A stretch of DNA of 62,882 bases, counting the filler, from Octopus bimaculoides (taxonomy: Eukaryota): the NCBI RefSeq assembly GCF_001194135.2. It is 5 parts of 5 records of this genome, joined end to end, with 100 filler letters (N's around TTAATTAATTAA, not from the genome) between each part and the next. Parts side by side here need not be neighbours in the genome. Positions count along the whole stretch, not along the records: positions 1 to 22,171 come from NC_068994.1; positions 22,272 to 28,733 come from NC_068996.1; 3 more parts are not named here. One strand, given 5' to 3'. The notes beneath the pieces were generated by a model. It saw nothing but the letters and a program-made list of their open reading frames with translations, ran no database searches and had not been told where the DNA came from. Shown here piece after piece: positions 13,273 to 26,010 of the stretch. The position numbers and the translations under genes were made by a program. How positions within the stretch are numbered: position 1 is the stretch's first letter; the number at the start of each line of letters is the position of its first letter.

Positions 13273-15865
13273 GAAATGAATTTTAGTCCAGGGTTTTTAT
13301 GCTTTCCTGGTTTTCAGTGACACTTTCATTGATTGTCTTAAAAATGATGATGAGCTTATTGCTGTGAGCCATAAACAGCTGAACAACTTAAAGAAGCCAC
13401 TACACCTTACCCTCGTACTTCACCTTTAATAACCATGAGTTGAATAATTGTGCTTATACATTACATGATGCTGCCTGGTACGAAGAGATGATTGTAATAC
13501 TAAAAAATGTTCCTCTCTGTATATATTACCTTCAGAAAATTATAACTAGCCAATCGATCTGTTGGAAATAGCATGGTTATGGTAGTAATAATTTGATGAC
13601 AGGTCGAATCGGCCAGAGTTAACATGGGAATAAACAGCAATAACAACAATAATAATAATAACAACTGCAGCATATTAGAAACGAAAACGTTGATAATTCA
13701 TTAAAACTATCACCGCAATTTCATTTCATACTCTCAGCACGCTAAAACACGCAGTCCTTCATCTTAGACAACAGACCTGGAACGATGCAAGTAACCAAAC
13801 AAACGGAAACTAATATGCAGAAGCCAACAGACATACACAAACATACGCACACATATACAAACACTCCTTTCTCTCTATCTCTCTCTCGCTCCCTCACACA
13901 CACACGTACATTCTGTCACACACACGCGTACACACACACACAGACACGCACGCACACTTTGAACGAACGCAAATCTGGTGAGCATTCTGAAGATAAGGTC
14001 AAAGGAACTGAAAACGTCAATGCAGAGAAAACTGGTAGAAAGCTAATTCTCATATTTCCATAAAGCTACTAACAAATGGAAAGCTCAGAAGGGAATATGA
14101 CAGATCAGATCAGATATAAAAGACAGTATTTTAAGTAAAGAAAAACAACACAAAGTAAAGAAGAAAAAAAAAGGAAAAACAAAATCATCGACTTTTTGAT
14201 AAGGATGTGTCCAATAAAACAGCTGTCCGCCCTTTACTCATGCATATATATGTACATATATATATATTTACATACACACATAGTTCATTCATATATATAT
14301 ATACACATACAAACCTATATACATAAACAAACACACACACACACATATATCGCGTATATATTTATATATATATATATATNNNNNNNNNNNNNNNNNNNNN
14401 NNNNNNNNNNNNNNNNNNNNNNNNNNNNNNNNNNNNNNNNNNNNNNNNNNNNNNNNNNNNNNNNNNNNNNNNNNNNNNNNNNNNNNNNNNNNNNNNNNNN
14501 NNNNNNNNNNNNNNNNNNNNNNNNNNNNNNNNNNNNNNNNNNNNNNNNNNNNNNNNNNNNNNNNNNNNNNNNNNNNNNNNNNNNNNNNNNNNNNNNNNNN
14601 NNNNNNNNNNNNNNNNNNNNNNNNNNNNNNNNNNNNNNNNNNNNNNNNNNNNNNNNNNNNNNNNNNNNNNNNNNNNNNNNNNNNNNNNNNNNNNNNNNNN
14701 NNNNNNNNNNNNNNNNNNNNNNNNNNNNNNNNNNNNNNNNNNNNTATATATATATATATATATGAGTGTTTGAATGTCTGTATCTGTATGTGTGTGCGTG
14801 TATGTATAGGTATATATATGTGCGTGTGTGTATGATTCATATTCCGTGTAGAATAAAAAGATGAATGCCACTGCAACACAGTATTCGACAGTAGAGCGGA
14901 AGTTGATTCATACGAGGAGCGGGACACAGCTTCCATATTGTTCTCCGCCCTTCGAACATCTTTAGTAACGTCCCCTGAGTGTCTGCAAGTAGTTTGACTG
15001 GAGCCAGGAGTTTATTGTTCTTTGGGGTGTCTCTGAAAGGATAATATTCTGCATGCTACCATGTTTCGCTCTTGAGCATATGCATACTTGTAAGTATGTA
15101 TGCCTGTAAAGTATGCATGTATATCTGTCTGTGTATATGTATGTTTGTGTATGAAAGGACGTATGTATATACGAACACGCAAAAACAAATATATATATAT
15201 ATATNNNNNNNNNNNNNNNNNNNNNNNNNNNNNNNNNNNNNNNNNNNNNNNNNNNNNNNNNNNNNNNNNNNNNNNNNNNNNNNNNNNNNNNNNNNNNNNN
15301 NNNNNNNNNNNNNNNNNNNNNNNNNNNNNNNNNNNNNNNNNNNNNNNNNNNNNNNNNNNNNNNNNNNNNNNNNNNNNNNNNNNNNNNNNNNNNNNNNNNN
15401 NNNNNNNNNNNNNNNNNNNNNNNNNNNNNNNNNNNNNNNNNNNNNNNNNNNNNNNNNNNNNNNNNNNNNNNNNNNNNNNNNNNNNNNNNNNNNNNNNNNN
15501 NNNNNNNNNNNNNNNNNNNNNNNNNNNNNNNNNNNNNNNNNNNNNNNNNNNNNNNNNNNNNNNNNNNNNNNNNNNNNNNNNNNNNNNNNNNNNNNNNNNN
15601 NNNNNNNNNNNNNNNNNNNNNNNNNNNNNNNNNNNNNNNNNNNNNNNNNNNNNNNNNNNNNNNNNNNNNNNNNNNNNNNNNNNNNNNNNNNNNNNNNNNN
15701 NNNNNNNNNNNNNNNNNNNNNNNNNNNNNNNNNNNNNNNNNNNNNNNNNNNNNNNNNNNNNNNNNNNNNNNNNNNNNNNNNNNNNNNNNNNNNNNNNNNN
15801 NNNNNNNNNNNNNNNNNNNNNNNNNNGTATGCATATATGTATGTATTTATGCATGTATATATATG

Positions 15866-15947
<82 letters not shown>

Positions 15948-16487
15948 CATATATAAGTATATGCATATGTGTGTGTATACACACACACATACACAACTAT
16001 ATCCACTTGCATAAAATGACACTTGCACGCAGCGCATGAATGACTTTTCTAAGAGTGTATATAAATATATTTGCGTGTTCTTTGATACATATCAGTGTAT
16101 ATATATATATATGTGTGTATGTGTGTGTGTGTTTATTGCATAATTGAAACTCTTTGAATTGCTTCTTGTTTGCTAATGTATCAATGTGAATGAATTTACG
16201 TGCGAATAGTCAATCGTGCACACACACACGCACACATACATAGAGACACATTTGTATGTATGTATGTATGTATGTATGTATGTATGTATGTATGTATGTA
16301 TGTATGTATGCATAGATGCCTGCATGTGTACTTCACCATTTGGCTGCTGTTGAAAAAGATTTTAGTATCGTCTTCCTCTGTACAAAATATATTGAAATAT
16401 GTTACGTGAACGAAGCTTCGACACGAGAGAGTCCATTAAAGCGCCGAAATCTTTATTTAGAATATCATCATCAGGCCACCATTATTA

Positions 16488-16537
<50 letters not shown>

Positions 16538-16597
16538 TGTTCATTTGTTTGATTGTTTATTTATTTTCTTTACGTCAAATTCATTGAGGCGGCACCA

Positions 16598-16902
16598 TTA
16601 TCTGAAGTCTTGTGAAGGAGGAATTCTCGGTAATGCTGGCAAGGGTTTAGTGTAAGTAGTGAAGCTGTTCTTCGACGGTAGATTCCAAGGTTGTGAAGAT
16701 GTGTTTGGACTATTGTTGGTTACTTGAACTGATTTCAGATCGATAACATCGGTAGGCTGAATAACTTGTCCAACATTCGGTTGATAAGCACATCTGGCAA
16801 GTGTTCCTGTACTGATATATTTAGTGGGTCTGTTAAGTGTTGGTGCTATAGACTTTTCTCCTATATTTTGCTGTTTCTCAGATGATTGGCAACTGGTTTG
16901 AC
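16598..16902 (-). CDS. Candidate terminal coding exon of an unidentified minus-strand gene (S/T/Q/N/P-rich C-terminus)
   Basis: Branch-like CTTAAC (16930-16925) and acceptor tatttcttttcaattcAG| are followed by GT plus 100 open codons: QTSCQSSEKQQNIGEKSIAPTLNRPTKYISTGTLARCAYQPNVGQVIQPTDVIDLKSVQVTNNSPNTSSQPWNLPSKNSFTTYTKPLPALPRIPPSQDFR. TAA at 16600-16598, then AATAAA about 35-40 nt downstream. It has no ATG, so the ORF track omits it. Confidence 0.62.
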
Positions 16903-17340
16903 CTGAATTGAAAAGAAATATGACGTTAAGATAAAGAATTTATTATCTTTTGGTTTACAAAGATACAATATTAAATAACATATACTATCTTCTTGTTCTT
17001 ATAAATTCCTATTGTCTACGCACGCGTTTCTGTGTGTGGATGTGTATGTATGTGTATGCATTCTTTTATCGGTTTCAGCTCAAAGCTGCCGCCATGCTGG
17101 AGCACCACCGTACATATATATACATACAAGAGTTAAGGAACAGAATAGATAATATCGGGGCTACATATATTTCATAGCAAGCGGAACCTCGGAAGTGGGA
17201 GATTTTTCAGCGAGGTGTATACTGTAGGCTACTCTGCAGGCCAGGAGTATCTTGATTATATGGAGTTTACATATCAGAATGTGTAGAGAGCACGATTAGA
17301 ATGGAGAATATACTGCAAAATGAAAATTAGTACTCTCTTT

Positions 17341-17722
17341 TACTCTTTTACTTGTTTGAGTCATTTGACTGTGGCTATGCTGGAGCACCGCCTTTAGTCG
17401 AGCAAATCGACCCCAGTACTTATTCTTATCGGTCTTTTTTGCCGAACTGCTAAGTTACGGAGACGTAAACACACCACTATTGTCAAGCGATGCTGGGGGG
17501 ACAAACACAGACACCCAAACATGTACATACACATACATATATATATATACATATATATACGACGGGCTTCTTTCAGTTTCCGTCTACCAAATCCACTTAC
17601 AAGGCTTTGGCCGGCCCGAGGCAATAGTAGAAGACACTTGCCCAAGGTGCCACGCAGTGGGACTGAACCCAGAACCATGTGGTTGGTAAGCAAGCTACTT
17701 ACGACACAGCCACTTCTACGCC
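17341..17722 (-). mobile_element. tRNA-derived SINE (family B, CORE-like CCTTGGGCAAGTG box), full length
   Basis: Head AGGCGTAGAAGTGGCTGTGTCGTAAG...GGGTTCAGTCCC, then GGCACCTTGGGCAAGTGTCTTCT, and an internal (TA)n. Possibly the described octopus OR2 CORE-SINE (unverified). Partial copies at ~4000-4190, 24205-24358, 39015-39165, 50200-50403, 56388-56430 and 62214-62338. Confidence 0.78.
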
Positions 17723-17794
17723 TAGTAGTGTAAGAAAGGAATATAGAAAAGAGAAAAAGATTAGAAACACACACACACATGCACGCACATGTAC

Positions 17795-17825
<31 letters not shown>

Positions 17826-17871
17826 CATGTATGTATGTCTGTATGCATGTATACATGTATGCATGTAAAAT

Positions 17872-18105
17872 GGCGGCGAGCTGGCAGAAACGTTCACGTG
17901 CCGGGCGAAATGCTTAGCGGTATTTCGTCTGCCGCTACGTTCTGAGTTCAAATTCCGCCGAGGTGAACTTTGCCTTTCATCCTTTCGGGGTCGATTAAAT
18001 AAGTACCAGTCACGCACTGGGGTCGATATAATCGACTTAATCCGTTTGTCGGTCTTTGTTTGTCCCCTCTGTGTGTAACCCCTTGTGGGTAGTAAAGAAA
18101 TAATA
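17872..18105 (+). mobile_element. SINE family A copy
   Basis: GGCGGCGAGCTGGCAGAAACG...GAGTTCAAATTCCGCCGAGG...CTTTCGGGGTCG. Confidence 0.82.
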
Positions 18106-18199
18106 CATGTATGTATGTATGTGTGTATGTATGTTTATGTAAATGTGTGTAAAAAAAAAAAAAAGAAAAAGTAATCAATTTATATATCGCAGAGTATCA

Positions 18200-18507
18200 A
18201 AGAGCAGTTTCGGAGGAAGAAATAAATCCATTATATCAGCCTCAGTACTCAACTGGTACTTATTCGATCGACCCCGAAAAGAAGAAAGGAAAAGTCAACC
18301 TCGGCAGAATCTGAACCCAGAACTTATTGACGAGCGGAAAACNNNNNNNNNNNNNNNNNNNNNNNNNNNNNNNNNNNNNNNNNNNNNNNNNNNNNNNNNN
18401 NNNNNNNNNNNNNNNNNNNNNNNNNNNNNNNNNNNNNNNNNNNNNNNNNNNNNNAAACCGCTATGTATTTTGTCCGGTGTGCAAACGATTCTTGCCGCTC
18501 GTCACCT
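18200..18507 (-). mobile_element. SINE family A copy spanning a gap
   Basis: aactggtacttattcgatcgaccccgaaa...aagtcaacctcggcag...cgattcttgccgctcgtcacctt. Confidence 0.65.
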
Positions 18508-18533
18508 TGGTAATAATAATAATAATAATAATG

Positions 18534-18586
<53 letters not shown>

Positions 18587-18799
18587 GATAATAATAATAA
18601 GGGGCAGAAGTAGTGGGGGAGCATCATAGCCATCTGTTGAGAGGAATTCTTTGGGGTTTGGATAATTCACCTCTGGAAACATGGGCGTTTCATTCAACAT
18701 CCTTAGACAACCCTTATTCAGGGATCTGTTGAATGAGATGGGCTACTCGACCTGAAGAAAATTCTAACTAGGCCCCACCTGCAAGGTACATGATCGTTC

Positions 18800-19058
18800 A
18801 TAGGGAATACACTTCTAGTGATCGTCTCCATTTGAGGTGGTGACTAGAAGAGGTAAAGGCTTGCTTGAGAGGAGAAAAAAACAAACTGGGACAAGATGAA
18901 GTACCAAGGCAAGTCTGGTGAAGAATGATTGCAAATGCAACCGCTGTAGTCGTGACTATCACTCTTGTTTCGATCACTACATTTACAGCAGACACTGCTC
19001 TACCAATAAAACCGACTCATGTTTTTCCAGGCGGAAACCAGTCGTCTTGCGAGACTAA
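18800..19058 (+). mobile_element. RTE-like LINE 3' end remnant
   Basis: CKCNRCSRDYHSCF...YSRHC resembles the terminal Cys/His motif of RTE ORFs. Confidence 0.45.
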
Positions 19059-19566
19059 CTTTGTATGTATGTGTGTATGTATGAATGTTTATATGTATGA
19101 ATGTATGTATGTATTATGTATGCAGGTATGTAAGTTGTATCAATGAATGCATATGTATATATATATATATATATNNNNNNNNNNNNNNNNNNNNNNNNNN
19201 NNNNNNNNNNNNNNNNNNNNNNNNNNNNNNNNNNNNNNNNNNNNNNNNNNNNNNNNNNNNNNNNNNNNNNNNNNNNNNNNNNNNNNNNNNNNNNNNNNNN
19301 NNNNNNNNNNNNNNNNNNNNNNNNNNNNNNNNNNNNNNNNNNNNNNNNNNNNNNNNNNNNNNNNNNNNNNNNNNNNNNNNNNNNNNNNNNNNNNNNNNNN
19401 NNNNNNNNNNNNNNNNNNNNNNNNNNNNNNNNNNNNNNNNNNNNNNNNNNNNNNNNNNNNNNNNNNNNNNNNNNNNNNNNNNNNNNNNNNNNNNNNNNNN
19501 NNNNNNNNNNNNNNNNNNNNNNNNNNNNNNNNNNNNNNNNNNNNNNNNNNNNNNNNNNNNNNNNNN

Positions 19567-19599
<33 letters not shown>

Positions 19600-19711
19600 A
19601 TGTATATATATGTGTGTGGTGTAATGCGTATATATATATATATATACACGCATAACACACGCGTACACATATATACACACATAAATATAATCTATTTTTT
19701 TCTTTTCTCTC

Positions 19712-19840
19712 AAGAACTTCCTGATCGATATATCAGTCCCGAAAGACACCGAAGAATCTCCAACAGAAACGGAGAAATTATCCAAATACCTGGAAACAGA
19801 GATAATTAGTATGTGCTGATTGAAAACACAAGCAATCCCC

Positions 19841-19871
<31 letters not shown>

Positions 19872-19935
19872 TCATATGTGCCTTGGAAATGATTAAAAAT
19901 ATACAGAGAAATATATCAGTAAAACTCCTGGAATT
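19712..19935 (+). mobile_element. R4/Dong-like C-terminal restriction-like endonuclease fragment interrupted by (ATA)n
   Basis: KNFLIDISVPKDT...ETEKLSKY-LETEIISMC*LKTQAIP(I)n..CALEMIK..YISKTPG matches the ID-x-x-x-P...E-K-x-x-K-Y...PIIIGALG pattern of RLE domains. Confidence 0.7.
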
Positions 19936-20462
19936 ATGCACACATGCACACACACGCACTTACATGTATGTATTTATGTATGTATGTGTGTATATGTTTG
20001 TATATGTATAAATATATATATGTACGGACGGACACACAAACATCCCTCACACACACACCCAAAATCCCTACACACACATGCACATACGGTTACACACACA
20101 CACATGGTGTTTATTTAACGAAACTAGAAGTGAGAATTCCTCTCGCAATTCGAGGCTCACCCAACTTCTCACCTGATGATCGCAGTGGCGTGAAACTCGG
20201 CTCACGAGACAAATTCTGAGTTTCAGTTTCAATATAAAAGCCTATATCCTCTACATGTATTTAGTACTCCACTATCATTCATCCAACAGAAACCAACATA
20301 CGTATTTACGTGTGTGCGCTCGCGTAAGTCTATTGCTTTGTAGTCATATTATTCGATTCCTCTGCTGTACACTGTACATATGATTATGTAAATCTATGAA
20401 ATTCCAGCGTAGTCTAATTTACACGTTTCCTTTTTGCAGTTTTTATAATTTTACGGTATTAC

Positions 20463-20516
<54 letters not shown>

Positions 20517-20895
20517 AAGTACTTTCATGATGGCTTGTTGCCAACTTAATGTGTCAGTCCCAGAAAAGAGAGGAATGTTACTGTTATTTAGCCCCAAGAA
20601 ACACCGTTTCTAGTTGGCTACGTTCTGTGCCCTTAAGTTTTCAAACAGTAGAGATAAGCACCCCCACCCAACAAAGCCAGCATCCAGAGACAAGTTTCAG
20701 AGTAATTGCTCTTCAACAGACTGGAGTAGCTTGGCCTTGCTAGATGTCGATACTTAACCGCTGTTGAAAACATAAAATTTCCAGTGAAATACATTCACTG
20801 ATCTACAAAAATAGTACTTTCATGCTTTCGCAATATTCAGGTTTATGAAGTAGCAGTATTAACCGATACTCGTGCTTCACAGATGTATACGTAAA

Positions 20896-20931
<36 letters not shown>

Positions 20932-21668
20932 NNNNNNNNNNNNNNNNNNNNNNNNNNNNNNNNNNNNNNNNNNNNNNNNNNNNNNNNNNNNNNNNNNNNN
21001 NNNNNNNNNNNNNNNNNNNNNNNNNNNNNNNNNNNNNNNNNNNNNNNNNNNNNNNNNNNNNNNNNNNNNNNNNNNNNNNNNNNNNNNNNNNNNNNNNNNN
21101 NNNNNNNNNNNNNNNNNNNNNNNNNNNNNNNNNNNNNNNNNNNNNNNNNNNNNNNNNNNNNNNNNNNNNNNNNNNNNNNNNNNNNNNNNNNNNNNNNNNN
21201 NNNNNNNNNNNNNNNNNNNNNNNNNNNNNNNNNNNNNNNNNNNNNNNNNNNNNNNNNNNNNNNNNNNNNNNNNNNNNNNNNNNNNNNNNNNNNNNNNNNN
21301 NNNNNNNNNNNNNNNNNNNNNNNNNNNNNNNNNNNNNNNNNNNNNNNNNNNNNNNNNNNNNNNNNNNNNNNNNNNNNNNNNNNNNNNNNNNNNNNNNNNN
21401 NNNNNNNNNNNNNNNNNNNNNNNNNNNNNNNNNNNNNNNNNNNNNNNNNNNNNNNNNNNNNNNNNNNNNNNNNNNNNNNNNNNNNNNNNNNNNNNNNNNN
21501 NNNNNNNNNNNNNNNNNNNNNNNNNNNNNNNNNNNNNNNNNNNNNNNNNNNNNNNNNNNNNNNNNNNNNNNNNNNNNNNNNNNNNNNNNNNNNNNNNNNN
21601 NNNNNNNNNNNNNNNNNNNNNNNNNNNNNNNNNNNNNNNNNNNNNNNNNNNNNNNNNNNNNNNNNNNN

Positions 21669-21713
<45 letters not shown>

Positions 21714-21815
21714 CAAATCATCATGTCATGTGTGTGTATTTATATATGTATACATGTACATATATATATACGAACAGACATATATATGTGTCTGTGCGTG
21801 TGTGTGTATGTATGC

Positions 21816-21851
<36 letters not shown>

Positions 21852-22171
21852 GCATAACATTATATCATATATGTGTGTATTTATATATGGACACATATGC
21901 ACATATAAACACAAACACACTTATATGTACATACATAAATTTACACATATATATGTGTGCGTGTGTCTATGTGTGTGTATGTATGTTTATATATATATGC
22001 ATATATACATATATACATTCACACGCAAATATGCACACATACTTATGTGCATGCGCACATACATATATGCGTGTGTTGTGTGTGTATAAACTAAGTGATG
22101 ATAAATAGAATATAAGCCAACCAAAAAAAAAAGTGGGCAATGAGAGCAAATTCCAACATACCCCCCCCCCC

Positions 22172-22271
22172 NNNNNNNNNNNNNNNNNNNNNNNNNNNNN
22201 NNNNNNNNNNNNNNNTTAATTAATTAANNNNNNNNNNNNNNNNNNNNNNNNNNNNNNNNNNNNNNNNNNNN
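22172..22271. other. Artificial scaffold spacer N44-TTAATTAATTAA-N44; identical spacers at 28734-28833, 34929-35028 and 58939-59038
   Basis: Four identical 100-bp structures whose 12-mer has stops in all six frames; these are assembly joins, not biology. Confidence 0.92.
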
Positions 22272-22302
<31 letters not shown>

Positions 22303-23029
22303 CTTACTTGGAAAAGGATGCGTGGCGTTCGATCATATAATAATATAAATAATATATAAATATATGCATATATACATATATATATATATGTACATACCTA
22401 CATATATATGTATATATACATGCATATATGGGTACAAGACACGCAAAATAAAAAACTTTCCCTTCATCAGTTGTTCCTTGTTTTATCTACTCTGCGTTCC
22501 GAAGGAAAGGACAAGATGCGACTTCGTTAAAACAGTCCTTCCCGCAAGGCAAATTGAATAAAATTTGGGATTTTTGCGGAGGGTGAAAGTGGTGAAAGTG
22601 GTAACAAAAACAGGACAGTGTGAACAAAGCAGTAAAAACAAATGGTGAGGGCTGTTGAGCCAAGACGATGTGAAGTGCTGAACGCTAGAAAAACGAGCTT
22701 TGAGATGAGACAGATAAAAGCACGTCTTGTCTTTAAGAAGGAGGTGGAAGAAAGAGAGAATGACCGTTAGTCACATGTGATCAACGAGAGAGCCAAGGAG
22801 GAAGAGTGAGGAAGAGTGAGAGAGAGGGAACGGCGAAGGGGAGAGGAGAAGAATAAGGATAGGGTGGGAGAGAAAAACAGAAAGGGAGAAGAACAAGAAA
22901 GGGAGATAGATAGACAGAAAAGAGATGGAATAAAAGTGCACATCGTATAATATTAAGATAAAACTTACTTGGAAAAGAATGCGTGGCGTTCGATCATATA
23001 ATAATATAAGTAAGAGAGAGAGAGAGAGA

Positions 23030-23072
<43 letters not shown>

Positions 23073-23799
23073 NNNNNNNNNNNNNNNNNNNNNNNNNNNN
23101 NNNNNNNNNNNNNNNNNNNNNNNNNNNNNNNNNNNNNNNNNNNNNNNNNNNNNNNNNNNNNNNNNNNNNNNNNNNNNNNNNNNNNNNNNNNNNNNNNNNN
23201 NNNNNNNNNNNNNNNNNNNNNNNNNNNNNNNNNNNNNNNNNNNNNNNNNNNNNNNNNNNNNNNNNNNNNNNNNNNNNNNNNNNNNNNNNNNNNNNNNNNN
23301 NNNNNNNNNNNNNNNNNNNNNNNNNNNNNNNNNNNNNNNNNNNNNNNNNNNNNNNNNNNNNNNNNNNNNNNNNNNNNNNNNNNNNNNNNNNNNNNNNNNN
23401 NNNNNNNNNNNNNNNNNNNNNNNNNNNNNNNNNNNNNNNNNNNNNNNNNNNNNNNNNNNNNNNNNNNNNNNNNNNNNNNNNNNNNNNNNNNNNNNNNNNN
23501 NNNNNNNNNNNNNNNNNNNNNNNNNNNNNNNNNNNNNNNNNNNNNNNNNNNNNNNNNNNNNNNNNNNNNNNNNNNNNNNNNNNNNNNNNNNNNNNNNNNN
23601 NNNNNNNNNNNNNNNNNNNNNNNNNNNNNNNNNNNNNNNNNNNNNNNNNNNNNNNNNNNNNNNNNNNNNNNNNNNNNNNNNNNNNNNNNNNNNNNNNNNN
23701 NNNNNNNNNNNNNNNNNNNNNNNNNNNNNNNNNNNNNNNNNNNNNNNNNNNNNNNNNNNNNNNNNNNNNNNNNNNNNNNNNNNNNNNNNNNNNNNNNNN

Positions 23800-23856
<57 letters not shown>

Positions 23857-24170
23857 TTGAATTCAATTTCATCCTTTTCCTTTGGTGGGGGGATCCAAAG
23901 TTAGATTTATAATAAAGATGTTTCATATTAAATTGGTAGCTTACTATTGTATTTTTGAAACATGAAAATGTTACAAGTATAAGATGTGTTAGGAGCATTT
24001 ATAGAACACGTATCCTATAGACATTCAACAAACAGTTAAATATGGAGAAGAGAAGGTGTTAAAAGTTTTATAAAATTTTCAAAATCTCTTCTCCATCTAT
24101 AATTGTTTGTTGAGTTTATATAGGATACGTGTTTTATAAATGCTTATAACACACCTTCTATTTATGTATG

Positions 24171-24203
<33 letters not shown>

Positions 24204-24471
24204 TACGACGGGTTCCTTTCATTTCCGGCCATCATATCTGCCCTCGAGATTTTGATCGACCCGAGGCTATAGCAGAAAACACTTGCCAAAGGTGCCACGT
24301 AGTGGAACTGAATCCAGAATCATGTAGTTGAGAAGCTAATTTCTATCCATACAGTCACTTGTATATACATATATGTGTGTATGTGTACAGGTGTATGTGT
24401 TATTTCTTTACTACCCACAAGGGGCTACATGTGTACAGGTGTATGTGTGTGTGTGTGTGCGTAAATATTTG

Positions 24472-24806
24472 AAGGCGTGGCTAGGTGGTAAGAAGTTTGC
24501 TTCCAGCCACATTGGTCCTGGCTTCCGTCCCACTGCCTGGCACCTTGGGCAAGTGTCTTCTATAAATCCCTCAGACCGACCAAAGCCTTGTATGTGTGTA
24601 TGTATGCGTCCAAGTGTGTGTGTGCGTGTGTGCATGCGCGCTCGTGTGTGTGTGTGTGTGTGTGCTTGTACTTTTCCCCCACCACCGCTTGACAACCAGC
24701 TGACTAGAAAGATAAAATAAGTCCCAGGCTTAAAAAAATAGGTCCTGGAGTCGATTTGTTCGATTGAAACTCTTCAAGACGGCGCCCCGGCATGGCCGCA
24801 GTCCAA
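24472..24806 (+). mobile_element. SINE family B copy
   Basis: GAAGGCGTGGCTAGGTGGTAAG...GGCACCTTGGGCAAGTGTCTTCT...cgcttgacaacc...gcatggccgcagtc. Confidence 0.7.
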
Positions 24807-24975
24807 GATAGCAAGAAAAAGATAAAAACAATTACCATATTTATAATAAGTACATATTTATGTGATAATAATATATATTAGCATGGATTTATAAAATATC
24901 TATGTGTGTGTGAATTCATACATATAAGCTCACATATGTGTGTGTATACACGAAGATAATATATGTGTATATGTG

Positions 24976-25010
<35 letters not shown>

Positions 25011-25736
25011 NNNNNNNNNNNNNNNNNNNNNNNNNNNNNNNNNNNNNNNNNNNNNNNNNNNNNNNNNNNNNNNNNNNNNNNNNNNNNNNNNNNNNNNNNN
25101 NNNNNNNNNNNNNNNNNNNNNNNNNNNNNNNNNNNNNNNNNNNNNNNNNNNNNNNNNNNNNNNNNNNNNNNNNNNNNNNNNNNNNNNNNNNNNNNNNNNN
25201 NNNNNNNNNNNNNNNNNNNNNNNNNNNNNNNNNNNNNNNNNNNNNNNNNNNNNNNNNNNNNNNNNNNNNNNNNNNNNNNNNNNNNNNNNNNNNNNNNNNN
25301 NNNNNNNNNNNNNNNNNNNNNNNNNNNNNNNNNNNNNNNNNNNNNNNNNNNNNNNNNNNNNNNNNNNNNNNNNNNNNNNNNNNNNNNNNNNNNNNNNNNN
25401 NNNNNNNNNNNNNNNNNNNNNNNNNNNNNNNNNNNNNNNNNNNNNNNNNNNNNNNNNNNNNNNNNNNNNNNNNNNNNNNNNNNNNNNNNNNNNNNNNNNN
25501 NNNNNNNNNNNNNNNNNNNNNNNNNNNNNNNNNNNNNNNNNNNNNNNNNNNNNNNNNNNNNNNNNNNNNNNNNNNNNNNNNNNNNNNNNNNNNNNNNNNN
25601 NNNNNNNNNNNNNNNNNNNNNNNNNNNNNNNNNNNNNNNNNNNNNNNNNNNNNNNNNNNNNNNNNNNNNNNNNNNNNNNNNNNNNNNNNNNNNNNNNNNN
25701 NNNNNNNNNNNNNNNNNNNNNNNNNNNNNNNNNNNN

Positions 25737-25782
<46 letters not shown>

Positions 25783-26010
25783 TGTTGCTGTGTAACTACC
25801 TACCCACCTGCCTCTCTTTCTTCCTTTCTCTTTGTTTTCCCGCATTTCTACCTAATCTCTCTATTCATCTATCTCTTTACCCATCTATATATTTGTCTAT
25901 CTTCCTCATTTGTCATCACCTTCAACTACATACTTTCAGAACTACGCATACAACCAACCATTAACTCATTTTCATATTTTCTCACTTATGTCTTTCTTTC
26001 TTCTACACAG

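Noticed and set aside
22216-22227. TTAATTAATTAA islands inside gaps (four copies), superficially like a conserved palindromic site
   Set aside because: Each is centred in exactly 44+44 Ns, so it is a scaffolding spacer.
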